Part shown: positions 25,167-33,821 of the stretch, piece after piece
How positions within the stretch are numbered: position 1 is the first letter of the stretch
Layout: every line of letters starts with the position of its first letter
From: an uncultured Gammaproteobacteria bacterium
Lineage (GTDB): Bacteria > Pseudomonadota > Gammaproteobacteria > Magnimaribacterales > TMED112
Reading direction: 5' to 3'
Assembly (NCBI GenBank): GCA_913020145.1
Contig: CAJWAI010000003.1
Coordinates: 1,243 to 65,242 of the forward strand
Length of the DNA: 64,000 nt
Translations under genes and position numbers: made by a program
Notes under the pieces: model-generated
The model's input: only the letters and a program-made list of their open reading frames with translations
Database searches by the model: none
Told to the model about the DNA's origin: nothing

Positions 25167-26570
25167 TTAGATGCCAATAGATTTATATGATTCAACTAAT
25201 TTCTTTATTGAGTAAATATAAGCTGTAGTCCTCAAAGAAGGATAATTATTATCATTCCAAATTTCGCTCATATTTTCATATGCTTCTGTCATCATATCTT
25301 CTAAACCTGACCGCACTAAATCTATTTCAGTTGGGCCCTGTTTTAAGATATCTTTTGTTTTTGATGACACCCGTGAACCTGTAGAATTCTCGATAATGCT
25401 TATTAAGGATGCATTTTCATATTCTTTCCTTCTTTTTTCCATCCTTCCAAAACGCATATGTGATAAGTTTCTTACCCACTCAAAATAACTTACAGCAACA
25501 CCTCCTGCATTAGCGTATAAATCGGGAATTATAAGAACACCTTTTTTCGTCAACTCTTCATCAGCTCTTGAAGTTAATGGTCCGTTAGCTCCTTCGCAGA
25601 CAATTTTTGTGTTTAATTTGCCTTGGTTCTCCTCAGTAACTGTTCCTTCTCTTGCAGCTGGAATGAAGATATCAGTTTCTTTAGAAAAAACTTCTTCTCT
25701 ACTCTTAAGTTCGTTCTGATTAGGGTAATCTTTAGGATCCCCTGATTCGTTTAGCCACTTTTTAATAAGATCAACATCTAAACCTTTAGAGTTATAAAAA
25801 GAATGATGGTGTTCAATTACTCCAATAATCTTACATCCATGATCCCGAAGAGCAGCAGCAGCATAGTAGCCAACCTTTCCAAGACCCTCGACTATAATTT
25901 TTTGTGATTTTAAAGGACCTTTTATTTTTGTTTTCTTTACGTCAATGGAACTGAAGAATGAGTTTAAGGCATAAAAGATACCTCGACCAGTAGCTTCGGT
26001 TCTTCCATCAACACCGCCCATATTTTCAGGTTTCCCTGTTACACAAGCAAAAGCATTTATATCATGAGGGTTTAGTCTTTTATATTCATCTGCAATCCAT
26101 GCCATCTCTCTTTTTCCAGTACCCATATCAGGAGCAGGAACATTAAGGCTAGGAGAAATTAAACCTCTTTTGACTAACTCTTCAGTGAATCTTCTTGTAA
26201 TCTTCTCTAATTCTTCCTCGGAGTATTTTTTTGGATCAATTTTCAGGCCTCCTTTTGAACCTCCGAAAGGAACATCAATTACAGCATTTTTAAAAGTCAT
26301 CAACGCTGCCATTGCTTCTATTTCAGATGTTTTTATATGAGGGCTATATCTTATCCCTCCTTTTACTGGCTCAAGATGTTCTGAGTGTACAGCTCTCCAT
26401 CCAGTGAATGTTTTTATGCCGGATTCTAGCTTTACACCAAACCTAATAGTATGCGTGCTATTACACGATTTTATTTGATTTGCTAGACCTCGTTTCACTC
26501 CAAGAATTTTGACAGCATCGTCAAACATTTTGGAAATGCTTTTTAAGAATACATTATTGTCCGATCCCAT
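25167..26570 (-). CDS. Glutamate dehydrogenase (Glu/Leu/Phe/Val dehydrogenase family)
   Basis: 467 aa. VPFGGSKGGLKIDP catalytic Lys motif, PAPDMGT, GRTEATGRG, Rossmann VEGLGKVG. Confidence 0.9.
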   Translation of the reverse strand: MGSDNNVFLKSISKMFDDAVKILGVKRGLANQIKSCNSTHTIRFGVKLESGIKTFTGWRAVHSEHLEPVKGGIRYSPHIKTSEIEAMAALMTFKNAVIDVPFGGSKGGLKIDPKKYSEEELEKITRRFTEELVKRGLISPSLNVPAPDMGTGKREMAWIADEYKRLNPHDINAFACVTGKPENMGGVDGRTEATGRGIFYALNSFFSSIDVKKTKIKGPLKSQKIIVEGLGKVGYYAAAALRDHGCKIIGVIEHHHSFYNSKGLDVDLIKKWLNESGDPKDYPNQNELKSREEVFSKETDIFIPAAREGTVTEENQGKLNTKIVCEGANGPLTSRADEELTKKGVLIIPDLYANAGGVAVSYFEWVRNLSHMRFGRMEKRRKEYENASLISIIENSTGSRVSSKTKDILKQGPTEIDLVRSGLEDMMTEAYENMSEIWNDNNYPSLRTTAYIYSIKKLVESYKSIGI

Positions 26571-26636
26571 TTATCGGCCCCCCTTATAATTGCATAATAA
26601 TGATATAATTTTTTTGCTCAAAGGTCACAAAAATAT

Positions 26637-26714
26637 GGTGGGTGTAGCTCAGTTGGTTAGAGCGCCGGTTTGTGGCACCGGAGGCCGAGGGTTCAAATCC
26701 CTTCATCCACCCCA
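26637..26714 (+). tRNA. tRNA-His (anticodon GTG, with encoded G-1)
   Basis: G-1 plus acceptor GTGGGTG/CATCCAC, anticodon stem CCGGT/ACCGG with loop TTGTGGC, discriminator C pairing with G-1, CCA. Confidence 0.95.
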
Positions 26715-26795
26715 TTAAATCAAATATATCTAAATTACTGATTTTAAAAAAAACTATTCTGTATATAATTAAATTTGATTCAAAAAAAAACATAA

Positions 26796-28163
26796 ATGAA
26801 AAATATTCTAGTAGCACTATTGCTTGTTTTCTCCAGTTTCATATTTTCTCAAAGCTATTACAGCTCTAATGCAAAAAGTAATGGTGCGGATAAAGTGCTT
26901 ACTTGGTTGCAGTACATGGCAATAATAGAAGAGGGCATGGCAATCGAATATGGTTCTGCATCTTTTCGAAATAATATTTTAGAAATTAATGATTTGAAAA
27001 TTTCTGATTTTAACAGAGTAGATTTTGATACATTGAATACAGAAAACCTTTCATTGGGCGATTTGATTTCAGAGGGCTCAACTGGGATTGGCGAAGGTAG
27101 AGGCTATAGTCCAGAAGGATCATGGACAGTAAGAAAAATTAAAATAAACCTTAAATATTTTGAAGATCTGCTAAATTTTTCGAAAACGAGAGATATAAAA
27201 TCACTTGAAAAGATGTATAAAACTCAAAGTTTTTTTGAAATAGATGGTTTTAGTGTTCCAATTGACCCAATTCTTGAAGAAGCTATCTTGCCTGATAGCG
27301 AATTAAGCTATACCCAGGAATTAGTATTGAGTAGAGCAGCAAAGTATCTAAACGATATAAGCATTAAGGTCGAAACTAAAGCTAGAGGAAAGTTAAGAGC
27401 AGATGCCATCATGACTGTAAATCTAAATGATGAATTATCTCTACTTTATTCATTAGATTCATCTATAGATGGAGATAGCTTAGGTTATCAATATTTCAAC
27501 ATACTAGAGAAAATAGTAAGTCCATTTGAAGTAGTTGCACAGAATCTTGAGACATTTATATCTGCTACCTCAGATGACTGTCCAAATCTATATAAAAAAA
27601 ATAATCTTGATGCTTGGCTTGCCTATGATCTAGGTGAATACTGCGATTCAGCATATGAACTGCTTGATGAAATTGACCTGGAATCAGAATTTGATGATTT
27701 CGATGATCTGGCCTCTGATAATGAATTATTGCTAATGTCCAATCCACTGGGAAGTAAAATTTATGGCTTCAAAGTAAATCTAAATTGGTCTGATAGAGTT
27801 CTTCGTGATGCTTCTATTTTGTCTGGAGGCGTTATTGATACAACACTTTTAGCTCTTAAAGGTATTTTTGATACTAGATTAAATAAACTAGAGTTTAATC
27901 AGTTACTTTATCAATTTTCTGGACCTGAATTTGGTGCAATAGTCTCTAGCATTTTTCAGGGAGATGAGACTTATAGAGAATATTCAAAATATCAACCAAG
28001 AATTAAAACTTTTGCAAATCGTCCACAGGGGATAGGCATAAGCTTTAAATCTAGGTCAGGAATTGACCAAGATTATCTTCTTTATATCTCTGAAAACCCA
28101 CTATTAATGACCTCATTGCTCGATGATGCAGAATTTGAGCTACTTTTAAACAAAAGAAATTAA
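26796..28163 (+). CDS. Secreted hypothetical protein, no recognisable domain
   Basis: 455 aa. Signal peptide MKNILVALLLVFSSFIFSQS and acidic block DEIDLESEFDDFDDLASDNE. I recognise no motifs. Confidence 0.6.
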   Translation: MKNILVALLLVFSSFIFSQSYYSSNAKSNGADKVLTWLQYMAIIEEGMAIEYGSASFRNNILEINDLKISDFNRVDFDTLNTENLSLGDLISEGSTGIGEGRGYSPEGSWTVRKIKINLKYFEDLLNFSKTRDIKSLEKMYKTQSFFEIDGFSVPIDPILEEAILPDSELSYTQELVLSRAAKYLNDISIKVETKARGKLRADAIMTVNLNDELSLLYSLDSSIDGDSLGYQYFNILEKIVSPFEVVAQNLETFISATSDDCPNLYKKNNLDAWLAYDLGEYCDSAYELLDEIDLESEFDDFDDLASDNELLLMSNPLGSKIYGFKVNLNWSDRVLRDASILSGGVIDTTLLALKGIFDTRLNKLEFNQLLYQFSGPEFGAIVSSIFQGDETYREYSKYQPRIKTFANRPQGIGISFKSRSGIDQDYLLYISENPLLMTSLLDDAEFELLLNKRN

Positions 28164-28212
28164 TTAATTCAGCAAAGTTTATACTATTTATATAGAAGTT
28201 TTTTATAAAATA

Positions 28213-28241
28213 CTTGAAGTTTTATAAAATAAGCCTATATT
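28213..28241 (+). promoter_or_regulatory. Putative sigma32 (heat-shock) promoter of lon
   Basis: CTTGAA (28213-18), 15-nt spacer, CCTATATT (28234-41), compared with consensus CTTGAA-N13-17-CCCCATNT. It lies 24 nt upstream of the lon ATG. Confidence 0.4.
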
Positions 28242-28264
28242 TTAGTTAAATAAGCAGTAAATTA

Positions 28265-30580
28265 ATGAAATCTGAAGACATAAAACTAAAAATCAAAATG
28301 CCAATGATCCCTTTAAGGGACGTTGTTATCTTTCCGAATACTGTTTCAACCTTATTTGTAGGAAGAGAAAAGTCTATTTTTTCTCTGGAAGATGCACTTA
28401 GAAGCAATAAAAAAATATTTTTAATAGCACAAAATTCTCCTTCAAATGAAGAGCCAACAATTAAAGACCTTCCTAACATTGGAACTATCTCAACTCTATT
28501 GCAGATGATAAAACTACCAGATGGAACAGTAAAAATATTAGTTGAAGGCATTCAAAGAGCAAAATTGGATACTATCTCAACTTCAGAGGGTTATTTTGCA
28601 GAAATAGAAAAAATAGAAGAAATGATTGAAGACTCAAAATATGAAAGAGACCTTCTTTCAACTATAAAAAATCAGTTTACTGAGTTTGTTTCAGTATCTA
28701 GGAAAGTTTCTCATGAAATAATTAATCAAGTTGAATCGATGGGCAATCTATCAAAGGCAGTGGATATCATTTCTTCAAATATTCATCTCTCAGTAAAAGA
28801 CAAGCAGGAAATATTAGAAAAGGTGAATGTGATTGAAAGAGCCGAATTTCTTTCTAGTTTGCTTGAAGCGCAGATAGAGCTTATTGAAGTAGAACAGAGG
28901 ATCAGAGGCAGGGTTAGAAAACAAATGGAGAAATCTCAAAAGGAGTATTTCCTAAATGAACAGATTAAAGCTGCTCAAAAAGAGCTTGGAGATATAAGTG
29001 ATGAAAAGAACGAGCTTGATGAGCTTCAGAAAAAGATCGAAGAGACCAAATTATCAAAAGAAGCCTTAGAAAAAGTCAGTTCAGAATTTTCAAAATTAAG
29101 ACAAATGTCTCCAATGTCAGCTGAAGCTACTGTTGTAAGAACTTTTATAGAAACATTGCTCGACGTGCCATGGAGTAAAACCACAAAAATTAATGTAGAC
29201 CTAAACAAAGCTAAAGAGATACTAGATGAAGATCATTATGGTTTAAAAGAAGTTAAAGAAAGAATTCTTGAATATCTTGCTGTACAAAAAAGAGTCAAAA
29301 AGATGAAAGCTCCAGTGCTATGTTTTGTTGGACCTCCAGGGGTTGGAAAAACATCACTGGGAGAGTCAATTGCAAGATCAGTTAACAGAGAATTTACAAG
29401 ATTATCACTTGGTGGAGTAAGAGATGAAGCTGAGATAAGAGGGCATAGAAAAACTTATATTGGTTCTATGCCAGGCAAAATTATACAAAAGTTATCAAAA
29501 GGAAAAGTGAAAAATCCACTCTTTCTACTAGATGAAATTGATAAGATTGGAATGGATCATAGAGGAGATCCAAGCTCAGCTCTATTGGAAGTCCTTGATC
29601 CAGAACAAAATAATAAATTTAACGATCATTACTTAGAAGTTGATTACGATTTATCAGAAGTGATGTTCATATGCACCGCAAATTCACTAAACATACCTCC
29701 AGCTCTTTTGGACCGAATGGAAATAATTAGGTTGCCAGGATACATAGAAGATGAAAAATTAAATATTGCAAAAAATTATTTAGTTCCAAGGAACAAACAG
29801 AAAAATGGATTAAAAGAAAATGAAATTACTTTTAGTGATAATTCTATTTTAAAAATTATAAGAAATTATACTCGTGAGGCAGGTGTTAGAAGTTTAGACA
29901 GAGAGATAAATAAAGTCTGCAGGAAGAAGGTCAAAGACCTTTCTATTGGAGGTAAGGCAACAAAGCTTATTGATAATAGGGTCGTAAGAAATATTCTAGG
30001 CCCAGAAAAATTTAAATATGGCGAACATGATGATCAAAATTCATTAGGTCAAGTAAATGGTTTGGCATGGACTTCAGTAGGTGGCGAACTTTTACAAATT
30101 GAAGCGGCACTAACTGCTGGTAAAGGCAGAATAATAAAAACAGGATCATTGGGTGATGTCATGCAGGAGTCTATACAGGCTGCTCTAACGGTTGCAAAAA
30201 ATATTTTTCAAAAAACTAAAACGAAAAAAGATCTCTTTGAAAAACATGATTTGCACATTCATGTTCCTGAAGGAGCAACACCAAAAGATGGTCCGAGTGC
30301 AGGCATAACAATGTGCACAGCCATAACTTCTTTAGCATTAGGAAAAAAAGTAAAAGCGAATCTCGCAATGACTGGAGAGATAACATTAGCAGGAAAGGTT
30401 CTCAAAATTGGAGGCCTAAAAGAGAAGCTAATAGCTGCCAAGAGAAGTGGTATAACCAATGTAATAATACCTAAAGAAAATACTGGTGATTTAGAAGAAA
30501 TGGAAACTAATATTTTAAGAGATCTAAATATTATTCCAGTAATAAATATAACTGAAGTACTGAAAGAAGCACTTGTGTGA
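28265..30580 (+). CDS. lon: ATP-dependent Lon protease
   Basis: 771 aa. Walker A GPPGVGKTS, LLDEIDK, catalytic DGPSAG...K dyad region, HYGLKEVKERILEYLAV. Confidence 0.97.
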   Translation: MKSEDIKLKIKMPMIPLRDVVIFPNTVSTLFVGREKSIFSLEDALRSNKKIFLIAQNSPSNEEPTIKDLPNIGTISTLLQMIKLPDGTVKILVEGIQRAKLDTISTSEGYFAEIEKIEEMIEDSKYERDLLSTIKNQFTEFVSVSRKVSHEIINQVESMGNLSKAVDIISSNIHLSVKDKQEILEKVNVIERAEFLSSLLEAQIELIEVEQRIRGRVRKQMEKSQKEYFLNEQIKAAQKELGDISDEKNELDELQKKIEETKLSKEALEKVSSEFSKLRQMSPMSAEATVVRTFIETLLDVPWSKTTKINVDLNKAKEILDEDHYGLKEVKERILEYLAVQKRVKKMKAPVLCFVGPPGVGKTSLGESIARSVNREFTRLSLGGVRDEAEIRGHRKTYIGSMPGKIIQKLSKGKVKNPLFLLDEIDKIGMDHRGDPSSALLEVLDPEQNNKFNDHYLEVDYDLSEVMFICTANSLNIPPALLDRMEIIRLPGYIEDEKLNIAKNYLVPRNKQKNGLKENEITFSDNSILKIIRNYTREAGVRSLDREINKVCRKKVKDLSIGGKATKLIDNRVVRNILGPEKFKYGEHDDQNSLGQVNGLAWTSVGGELLQIEAALTAGKGRIIKTGSLGDVMQESIQAALTVAKNIFQKTKTKKDLFEKHDLHIHVPEGATPKDGPSAGITMCTAITSLALGKKVKANLAMTGEITLAGKVLKIGGLKEKLIAAKRSGITNVIIPKENTGDLEEMETNILRDLNIIPVINITEVLKEALV

Positions 30581-30714
30581 ACCATTCATACTGTGTAATG
30601 TCAACAAAATGACCATGAAATAAAGTTGATTTATTTAAGTGGAAAATCTTGATTTATTAATTTTTAACGTCTAATGTTATTAAAAGCCTGTAACAGGGCA
30701 TTTGAGGAGATTTT

Positions 30715-30990
30715 ATGAATAAGGCTGATTTAATCGACATGGTTGCCAGTGAAACTGGTAGCACTAAAGTTGACGCTGCTAAAGCACTAGATGCTGTTGT
30801 GGACGCTGTAACAGGAGCACTATCGAACGGAGATTCTGTATCGTTAGTAGGCTTTGGAACCTTTTCTGTAAGACACAGAGCTGCTAGAGAGGGTATTAAC
30901 CCACAGAATCCATCACAGAAGATTCACATTCCTGCTGCAAACGTACCAGTTTTCAAAGCAGGTAAAGCATTAAAAGCTGCAGTAAACTAA
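30715..30990 (+). CDS. hupB: DNA-binding protein HU
   Basis: MNKADLID..., GFGTFSVRHRAAREGINPQN, VPVFKAGKALK. Strong SD GAGGAG. lon-hupB-ppiD synteny. Confidence 0.95.
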   Translation: MNKADLIDMVASETGSTKVDAAKALDAVVDAVTGALSNGDSVSLVGFGTFSVRHRAAREGINPQNPSQKIHIPAANVPVFKAGKALKAAVN

Positions 30991-30999
30991 ATTAACTGA

Positions 31000-32868
31000 G
31001 TGATCAGTTTCTTACGGAATAGGCTACAAGGAATTGTAGCCTTTTCTTTTCTAGGCATTGTCGCCCTAACTTTTGCGTTTTTGGGGCTGCCCACTTTTAC
31101 GCAAACATTTACTGAAAATAATTATGCAACAATTGGGAACTACAGTATTTCTCAGTCAGAATATTTCAGATCTAGATCACAAGTAGAGCAAAATCTTAGA
31201 GAACAATTTGGGGAAGGAATAGATTTTAGTGATCCTGCTTTAATAGATGCAATTCAAAATTTGACGAATAATTCACTTATTGAAAAATATACGATAATAA
31301 ATTTTTTTGATGAAATAGGAATTGAGATACCAGATAGTCATGCTGAAACAGAACTTTCTAAAATCGATTCTTTTAATGTAGATGGAAAATTTGATCAAGA
31401 ACTCTTCAAGAACTACCTAATAAATTTCAATTTAACCAAACAAGATCTGGTTGAAGACTATAAGTCAGATTTAAAATTAAATTTAGCAGTATCTCTTCTT
31501 GATGCTACATCAAATAGTTATGCTTCATCAACAAATCAATATTTAGATTTACTTACTGAAAGAAGAACGGTGCAATATGTAAAATTAGATGAATCTAATG
31601 TAAGCAAGGATTTTGTCTCAACCGAAGATGAACTTCTTAATTACTATGATTCAAATAAAGATCAATTTCTTATTCCCGAAAAAAGATCATATTACGCTGC
31701 AACTTTCAATAAGGAAGTTTTGAATATTGCTGTAAACGAAGAAGTTGTAAGATCGGCATATGATCAATACCTTTTAAGTATTCCTTCCCCAGAAAAAAGA
31801 GTCGCTCATGTGATGCTAATAGGCTCAAATTATGAAAATGAAGATACATTGAACAACAAAGTGAACGAAGTTGAGAGTGATTTATTGAATATTGGTTTCA
31901 CAGATGCAGTAAAAAAATATTCAGAAGATTTAGGCACTGCTGATATTGGAGGCGACTTGGGTTTTACTAATGGAGAGGTTTTTCCAGTAGAATTTGAGAC
32001 ACAAATTGCAGACTTAAGCTTAAATGAAGTGTCGCAACCTATATTCTATGAAGGTAATGTACACTTCTTATCCATAACAGAGGTTGAATCATTTCAAATA
32101 CCATCATTTGAGGATAAACAAACTGATTTATCTAATGAGATTGCTCAAATTAACTATGAAGACAAAATAAATGAGTTTGTAAAACTTTTATCAGGAACAA
32201 ATTCTGATATTACAGAAGTTAAAGAGTTTGCTGATTCCTTTTCTTTAACACTAACAAAATATGAAGCAAAATCTTTTCTTGATGTTGACTTTTCTAGCGA
32301 AAATTCAAACATCTTATTTCAAACAACATTGGGAACCTGGTCAGATCCATTACAAATTACACCAGAAGAACATATATTTGCTTTTGTCTTTGATGAGATT
32401 CCATCTGATTTTGAAAGTTATGAAGATGTTGTGGAACAAATAGAACAAATAATCCAAAAACAAAAGAGAACTAGCTATCTTGAAGAAATTTATGCAGATA
32501 TTTCTGATTTTTCACTAGACAAAGAGTCATTGACTAATCTTTTTAGTATTAAAAGTTTTAAAGTCGAGCAGCTCAAAAACATCAACAGATCTACTTCATT
32601 GCTAAATAATGAGATGGTAAATATCATTTTTAGCGAATATGAAACTGATGTTGTTAAGAAAGAGTTATTACAAGATGGGCTATTGCTTTATACGGTTTCA
32701 AATAGAATGAGTGGCGATATCTCTAAAGTAGCACCAGAAGACAGAGAATCCATAGAAATCGAAGTTAAAGCAGGGCTTCTTCAGCTAATTTTCAACAATT
32801 TAAGAGCAGAGTATGATTTTGATAACAAATTGGTTATAAACCCTCAATTTGCTAGTCAAAATCAATAG
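31000..32868 (+). CDS. ppiD: Periplasmic chaperone / peptidyl-prolyl isomerase PpiD
   Basis: 622 aa. N-terminal anchor FSFLGIVALTFAFLG, parvulin-like HVMLI...GGDLGF, synteny after hupB. GTG start. Confidence 0.85.
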   Translation: MISFLRNRLQGIVAFSFLGIVALTFAFLGLPTFTQTFTENNYATIGNYSISQSEYFRSRSQVEQNLREQFGEGIDFSDPALIDAIQNLTNNSLIEKYTIINFFDEIGIEIPDSHAETELSKIDSFNVDGKFDQELFKNYLINFNLTKQDLVEDYKSDLKLNLAVSLLDATSNSYASSTNQYLDLLTERRTVQYVKLDESNVSKDFVSTEDELLNYYDSNKDQFLIPEKRSYYAATFNKEVLNIAVNEEVVRSAYDQYLLSIPSPEKRVAHVMLIGSNYENEDTLNNKVNEVESDLLNIGFTDAVKKYSEDLGTADIGGDLGFTNGEVFPVEFETQIADLSLNEVSQPIFYEGNVHFLSITEVESFQIPSFEDKQTDLSNEIAQINYEDKINEFVKLLSGTNSDITEVKEFADSFSLTLTKYEAKSFLDVDFSSENSNILFQTTLGTWSDPLQITPEEHIFAFVFDEIPSDFESYEDVVEQIEQIIQKQKRTSYLEEIYADISDFSLDKESLTNLFSIKSFKVEQLKNINRSTSLLNNEMVNIIFSEYETDVVKKELLQDGLLLYTVSNRMSGDISKVAPEDRESIEIEVKAGLLQLIFNNLRAEYDFDNKLVINPQFASQNQ

Positions 32869-33649
32869 ATTGGATATTGTATCCACCATCAACGTAGATA
32901 GTTTGGCCAGTTATTCCACTTGACATATCACTTAACAAGAAAGTCGCGGTATTTCCAACCTCTTGAGCAGTTATATTCCTTGCTAATGGTGTATTTGCAC
33001 CATGTTTACTCAACATAGACTTAAAACCCTTTATCCCAGAAGCAGCCAAGGTTTTTATTGGTCCAGCAGATATAGAGTTAACTCTGACCCCTTTTTTACC
33101 TAAAGTAGAGGCAAAATACCTAACACTCGCTTCTAGACTAGCTTTAGCCATGCCCATAACATTATAATTAGGGGTAGCTTGTTGTGATCCTATGTAAGTT
33201 AAGGTAATTATTGAAGAATTGTCACTCATATGTGGGTATGCTTCTTTAATTAGACCTGAAAAGCTGTAAGAGCTTATATCATGGGCTGTTTGGAAGCCTT
33301 CCCTTGAAATACATTCTTCAATATTTCCTGAAAGTTGATTTGCAGGCGCAAAACCGACAGAGTGAACGATTCCATCTATTTTGCCCCATTTATCTACTGT
33401 ATTTTTGATGAGATCCTTTATTTCAGTATCATTTGAGAGATCGCACATATGCGTGAGGTCGCCATCATGATTTTTTGAAAATTCATTGATAAATTTCTCG
33501 AAACGCTCATTTTGAAAGCTAAAACCCAATTTAGCTCCATTTTTATGTAAAGATTCAGCTATACCGGCAGCAATTGAATACTTATTTGCAAGCCCAACAA
33601 TTAGTATTTTTTTGTTTTTAACCATTTGTGAATTATAGATCATTATCAA
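32852..33649 (-). CDS. fabI: Enoyl-ACP reductase (NADH), FabI
   Basis: ILIVGLANKYSIAAGIAESL, HSVGFAP, Y-x6-K (YNVMGMAKASLE), NSISAGPIKTLAASG. The probable start is the internal Met (MVKNKKIL). Confidence 0.95.
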   Translation of the reverse strand: MIMIYNSQMVKNKKILIVGLANKYSIAAGIAESLHKNGAKLGFSFQNERFEKFINEFSKNHDGDLTHMCDLSNDTEIKDLIKNTVDKWGKIDGIVHSVGFAPANQLSGNIEECISREGFQTAHDISSYSFSGLIKEAYPHMSDNSSIITLTYIGSQQATPNYNVMGMAKASLEASVRYFASTLGKKGVRVNSISAGPIKTLAASGIKGFKSMLSKHGANTPLARNITAQEVGNTATFLLSDMSSGITGQTIYVDGGYNIQSIDFD

Positions 33650-33821
33650 ATAAATATTGAAAATTAACAGTAAAAATAGCTAAATACCCCATAATAAGTA
33701 GCTTTTATAGTTTTTTAACCAAAAAACAACAAAAATGTGTCTTTTATATGTCTTAAATCGTGTTTAAGTAGCTTAAATGGGTTATCATCACAGCTATATA
33801 ACTTTTATAAAAGGGTAAAAT

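Noticed and set aside
33650-33821. Possible riboswitch or Fur box in the 172-nt leader of the first TonB receptor
   Set aside because: The sequence is uniformly AT-rich. I could see no B12 box, no conserved riboswitch core and no 19-bp Fur-like palindrome. There are only generic promoter-like A/T tracts.
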